A stretch of 64,000 nucleotides of DNA. Source: a bacterium (GTDB lineage: Bacteria > UBA8248 > JACPRG01 > G963555815). This document shows positions 51,066 to 60,841 of the stretch, piece after piece. The position numbers and the translations under genes were made by a program. The stretch's first letter is position 1. The number at the start of each line of letters is the position of its first letter. The notes beneath the pieces were generated by a model. That model was not told the origin of the DNA and made no database searches. It saw only the letters and a program-made list of their open reading frames with translations. The stretch is from the NCBI GenBank assembly GCA_965261595.1, contig CBDHDG010000006.1:1216001-1280000 (forward strand). The letters are read 5' to 3'.

Positions 51066-51353
51066 CTATGCGGCGACGATTCGTTCGACTTTGATCTTCT
51101 GTTCCAAATCACGCGAGCGGGCAAGGTCGAAGGCCAACTGCATGCTGAGCCACGTCTCGGGGGTTGAGCCGAACGCCTTCGATAGCCGGTAGGCCATCTC
51201 GATCGAAACGGACGCTTTTTCGTTGACCAGATTGGAAAGTGTCTGACGCCCGACGCCGAGCCGTTTCGCGGCCTCCGAAATCGACAAACCCAAGGGTTTC
51301 AGGCAGTCTTCGCGCACGATGGCGCCGGGATGCACGGGGTTTTTCATGGCCAT
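51066..51353 (-). CDS. higA: HigA-family antitoxin
   Basis: NPVHPGAIVREDCL, HTH, SIEMAYRLSKAFG, WLSMQLAFDL. Confidence 0.95.
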   Translation of the reverse strand: MAMKNPVHPGAIVREDCLKPLGLSISEAAKRLGVGRQTLSNLVNEKASVSIEMAYRLSKAFGSTPETWLSMQLAFDLARSRDLEQKIKVERIVAA

Positions 51354-51364
51354 CTCACGACCTC

Positions 51365-51643
51365 CTAATGGTAATCGATATAGTCGGCATCCACAGCGTG
51401 TCCCTCCTCGAACCGAAACGTCACTCGCCAGTTGGCCGAGACGGAAACCGCGTAGCGACCCTTCATGCGGCCCTTGAGAGCATGGAGGCGAAAACCTGGA
51501 AGGTCCATCCCTTCAGGGCCCTCGCTCCGGTCCAAAGCGGTCAGAATGCGCAAGAGTTTCTCAGCGTGGTCCTGCGCCACTTTCGCAGAGTGTCCACGCT
51601 CGTAGAGCTCTTTCAGGCCGCGATGCCGGAACGTCTTGATCAC
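51365..51643 (-). CDS. higB: HigB (RelE-superfamily) toxin
   Basis: MIKTFRHRGLK, PGFRLHALKG, VSANWRVTFRF, DYH. Confidence 0.95.
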   Translation of the reverse strand: MIKTFRHRGLKELYERGHSAKVAQDHAEKLLRILTALDRSEGPEGMDLPGFRLHALKGRMKGRYAVSVSANWRVTFRFEEGHAVDADYIDYH

Positions 51644-51650
51644 TTGCGTG

Positions 51651-51679
51651 ATTGTACGGTGTCTATCGACAATGGTCAA
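51651..51679 (-). promoter_or_regulatory. higBA promoter with operator-like dyad
   Basis: TTGACC-N17-TACAAT, 7 nt before GTG; TGTC-gata-GACA dyad in the spacer. Confidence 0.8.
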
Positions 51680-52046
51680 TAACCGTTGAACGTCAGGAAA
51701 CTTCCGGTCGAAAGATTTGACAGGTGTGGTCTTGGTTCATGGAACGAACTCGTCGCTCAAAGGGACGGATGTCTACTGGCGGTTAACGAGGCGTGGTTCA
51801 GATAGTCTCGAGCGCATTTCAAAGGACAGGATGGTTCTATAGGCGCGACCACTCCGGGGTTAAGGATGCTCCTGCCTGGGCGGCAATGTCCGCTACGTAT
51901 TTTCCGAGCGTCATGACCAGGAAGTGCGGGGAACAACGCAATGGGGAGACGCGAGCGGCCAGCGGCGGCGCTGTTCAGATGATCCGTTCCCTGTGTGTAT
52001 CGGCCAAGTGGTGCCTGCCCGTCCGCGCGGTTGGATCAGGATTTGA

Positions 52047-53713
52047 CCGGAATTTCCCATATCAACTTGCTTGGGTGGTTTCCGGTCCCCTTTCCCGATG
52101 AAAACCAGTTGACCCCCTTCCGATGGGTTTGTCAAGAGCCTTCCAACCCTCCGCAACAAGGTGTTGACGGCCATCGACTGCCCCAAAAGGCGGACCCTCG
52201 CCCTTCGGTCCCCTTTGTTCGCGGTTCAACCCGTTAACCAATCACCTCATGCTGCCGGGAACCCTCTGCACAAGGTTAGACCGGCACCGGCCGTAATCGG
52301 TTGATTCGGTCCAGGATGATGGCGAACTCTTCCCTGGATACCGCTACTTCGGCCAATTGAAAGATGATCTGCCGGGCGTGCCGCACAATCCTCCCGCCCA
52401 TTTTGATGAGCTTGACCTGGAGGCTTCGGAGCGACCAGTGCTTGAGCCCCCTGGGCAAGGCTAGCCTGCGCAGGAAATTGCCCAGGTTGTACGCCAGGAC
52501 GAAGAGAAGGAGCCGCACCTGGTTGCACACGAACCGGTGACAGGAAAGGCGTGTCCAGTTCAGGGCGTACTTGCCTTCCTTGATCCATTGCTCGGCTGTG
52601 CCTCGCTGGTTGTAGAAGTGCACGACCCCCTCGGGTCGAGCCGTCAGGTTCGTGACAATGAATCCGACGCGAGGGAAGAGTTCGCCTGAGTGCCATTCCA
52701 CCTTCGCCACGACCCGCCGGGAACGGTCCCAGCTTCCAGCCTGATACCGGAAGTCGTAATAGAAGATGATGGGTCTCTTGGGCGGGCGACCGACCGGGCG
52801 GGTGAGGAGGAAGTCGATCTCTCGCTGCACCACGTCGTTGGCGGGAAGGCGGATGGCGTAAAGGAAGCTGTGCGCTTCCAGGCACTCATAGACCTCCGGG
52901 CGCGCAAAGGCGGCATCGGCTCGGAAGTAACGGCGAACACCCGCCCGCTCATACCGGGCCGCGATGGGCGAAAGCAACTCGCGCCAGCCATCGGCGCTGT
53001 GCACGTTGCCGGGGCGCAACATCGCCCCTTCACAGTCCCCGAACTGGTTAAAGCAAAAAAGAGGGTGATAACAGGTGCAACGAAAGTGGCCGTTGTAGGC
53101 CGTACCTTCCTGCTCCCCATGGACGGGGCTTTCCGAGCTGTCCATGTCCAGGATGATTCGCTGATGGGGTGAGTGTGCCATGGCCCGGTCCACCCACTCC
53201 CGGTTCAGCTCGCTCAACCCCTTGAGATTCTCCTCCCTGGTGAGAACCTCGGTCTCGAACCGGCTCAGGGTGTTGGCGCCCGCCGCCTGCTTCTCAAGCG
53301 CTCGGCGGCCGACCACGGCTTGCATCGCGGGGTCCTGGGCCAACCGCTCGGCATCGTTGGTGTCTTCATACCCTGCCAAGCGGCTATAGACCGACTGGCG
53401 CAATAGCGGCGCCAACTCATGCTGGATGTTCCGGCCATGACGGATCTCTTGCAATTGCACTGGCGCTCTCACCGTCAAACCCAGCGCATCATCCAGCTCC
53501 CGGCAGGCCAGCAATCCCGCATCCGAAGTGATTCTGGTTCCGTGAAACTCAAGCCTCAGCCGACGGTCAAAACGGATCTTCAAAGCCCCCTTCTTCGCTT
53601 CACCCATTGGGTCCCCTCGCAAGATGATGGCAGGGGGAGGCCAACACCTTGATCTTACACGAGAAAACGGCATTCGGTCCGACAAAACTTATGATCCATA
53701 TGGGAAATGCGGG
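52047..53713 (-). mobile_element. Complete IS1380-family element
   Basis: Ends CCGGAATTTCCCATAT and ATATGGGAAATGCGGG; 5-bp target duplication TTTGA at 52042-52046 and 53714-53718. Confidence 0.95.
52276..53607 (-). CDS. IS1380-family transposase
   Basis: ITSDAGLL, LDMDSS, FRADAAF, YNQRGTAEQWIKEGK. Confidence 0.95.
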   Translation of the reverse strand: MGEAKKGALKIRFDRRLRLEFHGTRITSDAGLLACRELDDALGLTVRAPVQLQEIRHGRNIQHELAPLLRQSVYSRLAGYEDTNDAERLAQDPAMQAVVGRRALEKQAAGANTLSRFETEVLTREENLKGLSELNREWVDRAMAHSPHQRIILDMDSSESPVHGEQEGTAYNGHFRCTCYHPLFCFNQFGDCEGAMLRPGNVHSADGWRELLSPIAARYERAGVRRYFRADAAFARPEVYECLEAHSFLYAIRLPANDVVQREIDFLLTRPVGRPPKRPIIFYYDFRYQAGSWDRSRRVVAKVEWHSGELFPRVGFIVTNLTARPEGVVHFYNQRGTAEQWIKEGKYALNWTRLSCHRFVCNQVRLLLFVLAYNLGNFLRRLALPRGLKHWSLRSLQVKLIKMGGRIVRHARQIIFQLAEVAVSREEFAIILDRINRLRPVPV

Positions 53714-53889
53714 TTTGATCCCGCGCCCGGCCAGGCAGACGGACTCACGAGGCGGGACACCCGGCGTGCCCCACAGTGGCGCAGCTTGCCGGTCCTTACG
53801 GGTTAAGTGCTTCCTGTTCTTCCTATCTGCCAGACTAACTTTTTGGATCGACAACGGGAACGTGTCACGAGGAACGATTTCTCATATTT

Positions 53890-54582
53890 TTAGCATGCAA
53901 ACAAACTTACGGCGTGACATGCAAAGAATACCTTATTCCTTCTAGACGATTGTCCCCATTTTGGATGGATATCCAGTACCTTCTTTACCTCTGGATAACG
54001 CCTGAGTAAGTCGTCTTCGTCAAACATGCCTGATACGAGATTCATTGCCCTTCGTGAAGGTAACCGCAACCTCTTGATATCCTTTTCATTTCTGCGTGTT
54101 TTCTCGATTACTTTGTATGCAATCTTACCGCTACAGATCACCAACTTTGGATTGAGTATACTAAGCATTTCACACCATAGATCTGACGATAAACGTTGCA
54201 GATCGCTATCCGGATGGGCGTCTTTGTTAGGGTTGTCCGGATCTCGCTGAGACCATAGAACGGCGTTAGAAACAGCCGTTTCTTTTGCCTCTACTCCAAA
54301 CGCTGCTTCAATAGCCAATTTAAGTGAGCCATCATCCCACGGATACACGCCTATTTCATTTCCGAATAGACCAAGACGTCTCATCCTGTCATTTGAATCA
54401 AGTTTCCGTAGCTTTTCGACATATTCCTCGTTGGATGCCGATAGGTTCTGATTTTGTGCAAGCATAAGGATTTGATTCCAATTCCGAGGAATATAGGGAA
54501 TGTATGCTTCTTCGATAACGACCTTTGGGGCGATCGCATAGGTATCGCATTTGTTGCAAAGCCTAAGTAAGTCTTTTTTCAT
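53890..54582 (-). CDS. Hypothetical low-GC protein, possible uracil-DNA-glycosylase-like fold
   Basis: ILMLAQN, VSNAVLW, ILNPKLVICSGKIA, LRLPS in UDG motif order; RBS AAGGAG. Confidence 0.6.
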   Translation of the reverse strand: MKKDLLRLCNKCDTYAIAPKVVIEEAYIPYIPRNWNQILMLAQNQNLSASNEEYVEKLRKLDSNDRMRRLGLFGNEIGVYPWDDGSLKLAIEAAFGVEAKETAVSNAVLWSQRDPDNPNKDAHPDSDLQRLSSDLWCEMLSILNPKLVICSGKIAYKVIEKTRRNEKDIKRLRLPSRRAMNLVSGMFDEDDLLRRYPEVKKVLDIHPKWGQSSRRNKVFFACHAVSLFAC

Positions 54583-54675
54583 AATCTGCTCCTTGAAACG
54601 TTTTGGGAAGCTGAAGTTTGTGCCCTCGATGGTATAACCGGCATGACTCGTGATATCAATTATCGGAGGCTATGT

Positions 54676-55345
54676 TTGGGATTTCCCAGATGCACAATGT
54701 CAAGACTTTTTCAGGGATCTTCAGTTCGTTTGTATGCCTGAGGGCCATCACGGGTCAAAACTCCGTGGAATTCTTGCCCTTAACGCGCCCCGACTACGAG
54801 TCAGCACAGACTGATCCCCCGTCTCCACCACGTCACTTAGCTTCCTGGCTAGCGGCTCCGTTATCCAGTGTCCGGAACCGGAGGCGGCAACCACAACCGT
54901 CGGATTCGCTCAAGAATTGCCCTGAACAGTTGCCGCGACACCGCCACCTCAGCCAACTGGAAGGTGGTGTACCGGGCGTGGGCAACCACCTTGGCCCCAA
55001 TCTTGATCAGCTTCTCCCGAAGTGTCGTCAGCGACCAGTGCTTCACCGCTCTCGGCAATGCCAGCCGCCGCAGGAAGTTGGCCAGGTTGTACACCAAGGC
55101 AAACAGTTGCAAGCGAACCTGGTTTTCTTCAAAGCCGTGGCAGGACAGCCGCGTCCAGTTCAACGCGTGCTTGCCCTCCTTGATCCACTGCTCCGCCGTG
55201 CCTCGATGATTGTAGAAGTGGACCACGCCCTCAGGGCCAACGGTCAGGTTCGTGACATTGCCCCTGGCGCCACTCGACCTTGACGACCACCCGGCGAGGT
55301 TTCTCCCAACTCGCCGCCTGATTAGGAAACGCTGTGGTAGAAGAC
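54676..55345 (-). pseudogene. IS1380-family 3' remnant
   Basis: FYNHRGTAEQWIKEGK..WSLTTLREKLIKIG; end GGGATTTCCCAGATG; upstream part frameshifted. Confidence 0.88.
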
Positions 55346-55999
55346 AATGGGCCTTTTGGGTGGTCGGCCTAGCCCGGAATCACCGTGTCACTCGGACTGC
55401 GATGACCGCAAGTGCGAGAAGTTGAACATCACATCGTCGAGACCCAAGTTTACGTTTTGTTCCCCGCCTGTGTCTCCCATCTATTACGGTTTCAAGCGAT
55501 GTGCACAATTCCTATTCTACCAGTTTCGAGTTAAACTTCTTAAAGATTAGGTCGATCACCGATTAAGTGAGCTTTTGCATCGGAACGATCCGAATGCTGT
55601 GGAAATCTTTCGCGTCGTATGGGACACTATTACTATTCTCAACAATGCCCTGCCGCTCGAATTCCAAATAGAGATTGCAGACCCCAGGAAGGGCTCTTGG
55701 AATGATGGTGGTTTTTGCCCCCGCCCTGAGGTGGGCGACAGCCCGTGGACGTAAGACTTCCCCAAGATTGGTAGATTAGGATACCCCCCGTCCGAACCAC
55801 GGGCAGCCCGGTGGTGGCCGAGGGGGTCGAATTCCCACCCACCGACACATTCACCGCAACGACAACTCTCCGTCGCAATTTCCCGACGCGCTCTGCGCCG
55901 CGAAGAGGCCGAGCCGGGCCGTGAGCGGGGCGGCGGACGGATGTCCCGGGGAGGACATCTCCGCCTCTCTCAACCACCGGCCCGTAAGGAGACGGAATC

Positions 56000-56317
56000 A
56001 TGCGCACGGTCCAGACCCATCCCGGCAACGCAAGCACCTTCCTCACCCACCTGTTCGGCCAAGGTCTCGATGACGACCGCTACGTGGTCGAGCGCTTCCA
56101 GTCAATGGCTGACGGCGACATCCGGCCCCTGCGCACCGGGGGACCAAGGACCAAGGGCCGGCGCAAGGCGCCGGGGACGGTCGCGTCCCGGCAAGCGGTC
56201 CGGAAGATGCGGCCCGTGCGGGACGAAATCATCATTGCAACCGGAATCAACCTCCGGAACTCCGGGGTCCAGTACTGGGGCTGTAATGTTATCTGGCGGA
56301 ATATGTTGCAGCGATGA
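56000..56317 (+). CDS. Hypothetical protein (copy 2)
   Basis: Same as 48082-48399. Confidence 0.4.
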   Translation: MRTVQTHPGNASTFLTHLFGQGLDDDRYVVERFQSMADGDIRPLRTGGPRTKGRRKAPGTVASRQAVRKMRPVRDEIIIATGINLRNSGVQYWGCNVIWRNMLQR

Positions 56318-56849
56318 CAGATTCTTCTGACTGCTATGGAAGAAGTCCGGATCGCCGCAACATAACCTTTTGCAATCATAGGGATTTCAGGAAAGCCATC
56401 AGCCCCTTGTTTTCCTTCCATGGCCGGATCGGGCCCCGTCCCGACCGCAATCGGGTCCGGGCAATCTTTGCAACGCAAGCGGTCTGGTACTGCATTCCGT
56501 GCGATGCTGAAGATATCGCCACCACCCCCGAGCGAGCGTTTCCGCCTGGTATGCCTTGATGGTGTCCGGTTGTGTGAACAGTTCTTTGGACATAGTCGCG
56601 TCTCCCTGTTGGTGGAGGCACGATTACGTGCACAGGCGCCGAAAAATTATGTTGCATGAATTCTACTCAACCTCCTGCTGGACAGAAGGAATTGTCATCG
56701 ATGCAACATATGGGCTGGATGGCAACGGGATTGTTCTGCGACCGCAAGCAGAAGCACTGATTGACGTTCTCTGTCAGGACGTCCTGCCGGCCCGGCGCCG
56801 GCCGGGCGTCCGTCGTCCCGATTCCAGCCCCGATGGGAGGCGTCCACAG

Positions 56850-57659
56850 GTGTCCTACAAGAACCCCGACAAGGCCCGCGAGCATGACCGGGAACGCTAC
56901 CGCCGGCTCACCAAAGAGCGCCTCGCCCAAGGCCTGTGCCCCAAATGCGGAAGAGAGCCCCTTCCTCCCGACTGTAGTCTGTGCCGCTCCTGCGGCGAGA
57001 AGCGGCGCAAGGCCGAGCGCGCCCGGTACGCCAAGGGCAAGGCCGCCGGCAGGCTCTACGGAGGCCGGGATCCCAAGGACTGCCGCAGGCTCGGGCGGGA
57101 GAGAAGCAGGAAGCGCCTCCGGGCATGCCGGGCCGCCGGCCTGTGCACGCGATGCGGGAACCGTCCTCCCGTCCCGGGCGGGGCGACCTGCCGGGCTTGC
57201 CGTGACGCCCGGCAAGCGGCCGAACAAGAGCAGTATGCCGCCCGCAGGGCCGAGGGACGGTGCGGCAGGTGCGGAAGACATATCCTTGACCACGCCTCGC
57301 GCTGCGGTCCCTGCGCGGCTCTCGAGGCCGGGCGCCATCCACGGAAGAACGCGGCCAGCCGAAGGCGCTACGCCCATAGGCGTGCGAGGTGGCGTTGCAC
57401 GGACTGTGGCGAACCCTCTCAGGGAGCGGCGCGGTGCGTGCCGTGCGCGCACCGGTCCTGGGTGCGGTCGGGCTGGCATCGGGGCCTTCCGATCCTTCCG
57501 CCTCGCTACACCGTGATCGAGGTCGCCACGGGCGAGGACCACGGGATCTGGGACAGCTGGGAGGAGGTGGCCATGTGTCTGGCCTTCGCGCGGCTGTCCC
57601 ACCAACAGGTGGAGATTATTTCGGATACGTCACCGATGGCGTCTTTTACGGGGCAGTGA
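56850..57659 (+). CDS. Arg-rich tandem CxxC..CxxC protein, copy 2
   Basis: Same as 48888-49697 except HILDHAS versus HALDRAS. Confidence 0.75.
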   Translation: MSYKNPDKAREHDRERYRRLTKERLAQGLCPKCGREPLPPDCSLCRSCGEKRRKAERARYAKGKAAGRLYGGRDPKDCRRLGRERSRKRLRACRAAGLCTRCGNRPPVPGGATCRACRDARQAAEQEQYAARRAEGRCGRCGRHILDHASRCGPCAALEAGRHPRKNAASRRRYAHRRARWRCTDCGEPSQGAARCVPCAHRSWVRSGWHRGLPILPPRYTVIEVATGEDHGIWDSWEEVAMCLAFARLSHQQVEIISDTSPMASFTGQ

Positions 57660-57772
57660 CCTCTATGCGCCGGCTCGCCGGGGGTACGTACTGCCGACCT
57701 GCCGCCCGCCAGCGGGGGGACCATCACCCGCGCCCCCCGGCGCACCGTCGACCCCTCAAGGGAGGCCCGCAC

Positions 57773-57955
57773 ATGACCGCGCACACCCTGCCGAAGAACC
57801 CCTACTACGCCTTCTCCCCGGCCTACGACCTCGACAACGATCTACAGCAGATCAGAATCGTTATCCACGACATGAGCGGCTACATTCCCACCACCCTGGC
57901 CGCACGGTCCATGCGCGCCGAGAACGGCGCACCGGATAGCAAGACCGTGCAGTGA
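57773..57955 (+). CDS. Small hypothetical protein (copy 2)
   Basis: Same as 49811-49993. Confidence 0.5.
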   Translation: MTAHTLPKNPYYAFSPAYDLDNDLQQIRIVIHDMSGYIPTTLAARSMRAENGAPDSKTVQ

Positions 57956-57997
57956 GCCGACTGCATTGCTGCGCAGCCGGCCTGACGTCATCCGGCC

Positions 57998-58264
57998 TCA
58001 ACCCCGCCGCGCGAGCCACCACCACGCGATCCACACCGGAAGGCTCAAGACCATCGCGTAGTCGGCGATGACGATTGGGCCAAGCAGTCCCGCCATCAGC
58101 GACGCCGTCGACATCAGCAGCATCGACAGCCACATTCGGGGCTCCACCTCCGGCCCCGCCTCCGGCGCGAAGCGCACCGCCGCCGTCGTGACCACTCCAG
58201 CGGGCAGCCACAGGAGCGTCAGCAGCCAGAACCCGCGCCGCTTGATGAGGCCCTGGTCGTCCAT
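57998..58264 (-). CDS. Small membrane protein (copy 2)
   Basis: Same as 50036-50302. Confidence 0.5.
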   Translation of the reverse strand: MDDQGLIKRRGFWLLTLLWLPAGVVTTAAVRFAPEAGPEVEPRMWLSMLLMSTASLMAGLLGPIVIADYAMVLSLPVWIAWWWLARRG

Positions 58265-58526
58265 GCGCCTTATCCGACTCGAAACTCGCACCGCACGCAA
58301 GCCCGAGCGGGTCCGTGTTCGACGACAGCCGGGCGAGGGCGAAGACCGCGCAAGGTCGGCGAGCGGCTGCCGGCGTCCGTCGCGCCCTCTGAGCTCGCCC
58401 CGGGTCCCGTCACCGTCCTTCGAGTCAGCGGGAAGCAAGGGCCGGGCAAACGCCCGGCAGGGAAGAGGGAGACGGTCTCCCGGTCCCGATGCCGGGAACT
58501 GCAATCCCGGAACAGGAGACAAGCCC

Positions 58527-58667
58527 ATGATCGACCAGGACCTCGACCTCGAACTCCCCACAGGTGACGAACTGCTCGCCGAGATCGGCCTCGACTCTTA
58601 CACCATCCGCAGGATCCTCACCGAAGCGGTCCATGCCGACACCGGCGAAGGAGAGGAGCTTTTCTAG
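58527..58667 (+). CDS. Small acidic protein upstream of ssb (copy 2)
   Basis: MIDQDLDLELPTGDELLAEIG; RBS AGGAG. Confidence 0.55.
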   Translation: MIDQDLDLELPTGDELLAEIGLDSYTIRRILTEAVHADTGEGEELF

Positions 58668-58754
58668 GGGGTGAACCAAGGGGCCGGAGAGAGAGGCTCT
58701 CCCCCCTTCCATCACCCGTTGTCTTCCACACCCTCACGCAGAAGGAGAATAATC

Positions 58755-59180
58755 ATGGCCTTCGGACTCAATCGCGCTGAACTGATCGGCCGCCTCGGGG
58801 CCGACGTCACCGTCAACCACCTCACCAGCGGCGGACGCGTGGCCAACCTGTCGATCGCCACCGACGAGGGCTACATCGACAAGCAGACCGGAGACCGGGT
58901 CGACAAGACCGAGTGGCACCGGGTGGTGACCTTCCAGCCCGGGCTGGTCGACATGTTCGAGAAGCACGCGACGAAGGGCCGGCTGGTCTATGTGGCGGGC
59001 AAGCTGCAGACCCGTCGCTGGAAGAAGGACGACGAGGACTCCGACCGGTTCTCGACCGAGATCCTGCTGGTTCCGGGCGGGCGCGTGCAGTTCCTCGACA
59101 AGCCCAACGGCAACGGCGCGCCGGTGTCGGAGGCGGAGACGCCGTCTGCCGATGCGGCGGTGGACGAGATCCCGTTCTGA
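58755..59180 (+). CDS. ssb: Single-stranded DNA-binding protein
   Basis: LNRAELIGRLGAD, TEWHRVV, KGRLVYVAGKLQTRRW, C-terminal DEIPF. Confidence 0.95.
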   Translation: MAFGLNRAELIGRLGADVTVNHLTSGGRVANLSIATDEGYIDKQTGDRVDKTEWHRVVTFQPGLVDMFEKHATKGRLVYVAGKLQTRRWKKDDEDSDRFSTEILLVPGGRVQFLDKPNGNGAPVSEAETPSADAAVDEIPF

Positions 59181-59208
59181 TCGGCCATTCCGTTTCCTCC
59201 CTCTACCT

Positions 59209-59238
59209 GGGCCGGCGCTTCGCGCGTCGGCCCTTTTT
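59209..59238 (+). terminator. Terminator after ssb
   Basis: GGGCCGGCGC-ttcgc-GCGTCGGCCC-TTTTT. Confidence 0.7.
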
Positions 59239-59374
59239 CTTGCTGCCCGTTCCGAGACAGCGCCCGTTCGGGCCTCGCGCCAGCGCTACGCGCGGCGCTT
59301 CGTCCTCCGGCGCCGGCCGGAGGCGGAGGCCGGCCGGTATCGGGCCTTCCCCGTCCATCCAGAGGAGGCCCGTC

Positions 59375-60406
59375 ATGCCGCCCCCATCGTCCCGTTCCGC
59401 ATCTCCCGCCGCCGACATCGCCGCCGCGCTCGGCGCGTGCGCCGAGGCCGTCTGCCGGCGTTACCTGCCCCAGGGCCGCAAGCAGGGCCGGTACTGGGTC
59501 GCCGGCGATCTCGAAGGCGCTCGCGGCCGCTCGCTCTTCGTCCGCCTGCACGGTCCCGGCGTCCCCGGGAAGTGGACCGACGCGGCCACCGGAGAGCACG
59601 GCGACCTGCTCGATCTCGTCCGGCATCGCTCGGGCGCGCCGACGCTGCGCGCGGCGCTCGCCGAGGCCCGCGCCTTCCTCGCCCTGCCGGCTCCGCCGGC
59701 GTCGGGCGAGGGCTACGACGCAACAGAAGCGGCCCGCCGCCTCTGGCGGCGTTGCCGCGCCATCGACGGCACCCATGCCGAGGCCTACCTCCACGCCCGC
59801 GGACTCGCGCGCTGCCGGTTCCCGGCATTGCGCTTCCATCCCGAGCTTCGCTATCGCGAAGGCTCTTCCCTGCGCCGATTTCCGGCGCTGGTCGCCGCCG
59901 TGACCGGCGACGACGGCGCCATCCACGGCGTGCAGCGCACCTGGCTCGATTCGCGCTTGCCCGCCAAGGCGGACGTCGCGGCCCCGCGCAAGGCGCTCGG
60001 CCGCATCCACGGACGCGCCGTGTGCTTCGGCAGGCCCGCCGACGGCGCTTCGCTGCTCGTCGGCGAAGGCATCGAGACGGTGCTGTCGATCGTCACCGCG
60101 GCGCCCGGGGTCATTTCGGCGGCCGCGCTCTCGGCCGGAAGCCTCGGCGCCTTCGCTCCACCTGGCGGGCTCAAACGGCTCGTCATCGCCCGCGACAACG
60201 ATTCCGAGGGGGAGCGGGCCGCCCAACGCCTCGCCCGGCGCTGCGCGCGGGCGGGCGTCGCCGCCCACGTCATCGTCTCCGAATACGGCGACTTCAACGA
60301 CGACCTCGTTACTCTCGGACCCCGGGCCCTGGCCCTTCGGCTCGCCGCCCTGTTCCCCGCGCCGCAGCGGGTCGGAGAGAGGGAGGGAAGAGCGGGGGAG
60401 GGGTGA
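59375..60406 (+). CDS. Toprim-domain primase-like protein of conjugative elements
   Basis: AEAVCRRYLPQG, GKWTDAATGEHGDLLDL, YLHARG, GEGIET, ARDND, GDFNDDL. Confidence 0.88.
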   Translation: MPPPSSRSASPAADIAAALGACAEAVCRRYLPQGRKQGRYWVAGDLEGARGRSLFVRLHGPGVPGKWTDAATGEHGDLLDLVRHRSGAPTLRAALAEARAFLALPAPPASGEGYDATEAARRLWRRCRAIDGTHAEAYLHARGLARCRFPALRFHPELRYREGSSLRRFPALVAAVTGDDGAIHGVQRTWLDSRLPAKADVAAPRKALGRIHGRAVCFGRPADGASLLVGEGIETVLSIVTAAPGVISAAALSAGSLGAFAPPGGLKRLVIARDNDSEGERAAQRLARRCARAGVAAHVIVSEYGDFNDDLVTLGPRALALRLAALFPAPQRVGEREGRAGEG

Positions 60407-60430
60407 ACGGATCGAAAGGAGAAAGGGAGC

Positions 60431-60841
60431 ATGGCGCACATCGTCAATCTCAGGCATGCGCCGGCCCTGCGGGCGGCGCTCGACGGCAAGGCGGAGCACG
60501 GCGGGACCGTGCGGATCGACCGCCGCTCTCAATGGGGAAACCGGTTCCGCATCTGCCCGGACGGACCGCGCGATGAAGTGATCGCGCGCTATCGCGCCGA
60601 TCTCTGGCGCCGCATTCGCGCCGCCAAGGTCGGGCTCGACGAACTCGCCGCCCTTCACGGCAAGCCGCTGCCCTGCCATGGGCAGGTCCTCGCCCGCGCC
60701 GCGCGGCATGGGCGGCCTCCGTTCTGGCGGAACGGAGGGGAGAGTGAAGCGGGAGAGGGGCGAACGCCGCGAGGAGGGAGAGAGAGGGCCCCGGGCATCG
60801 GCAACACGGAAGGAGAACCGAAATGCAATCCGTTACCTTGA
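60431..60841 (+). pseudogene. DUF4326-like protein, probably degenerate
   Basis: VRIDRRSQWGNRF..RDEVIARY..LHGKPLPCHGQVL; the usual CWC-P segment appears deleted and the tail looks frameshifted. Confidence 0.7.

Larger units (their letters stand above)
55717..58765 (+). repeat. ~3 kb direct repeat, copy 2
   Basis: Matches 47800-50804, with an extra ~40 nt near 56395-56440; continues into intact ssb. Confidence 0.95.
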
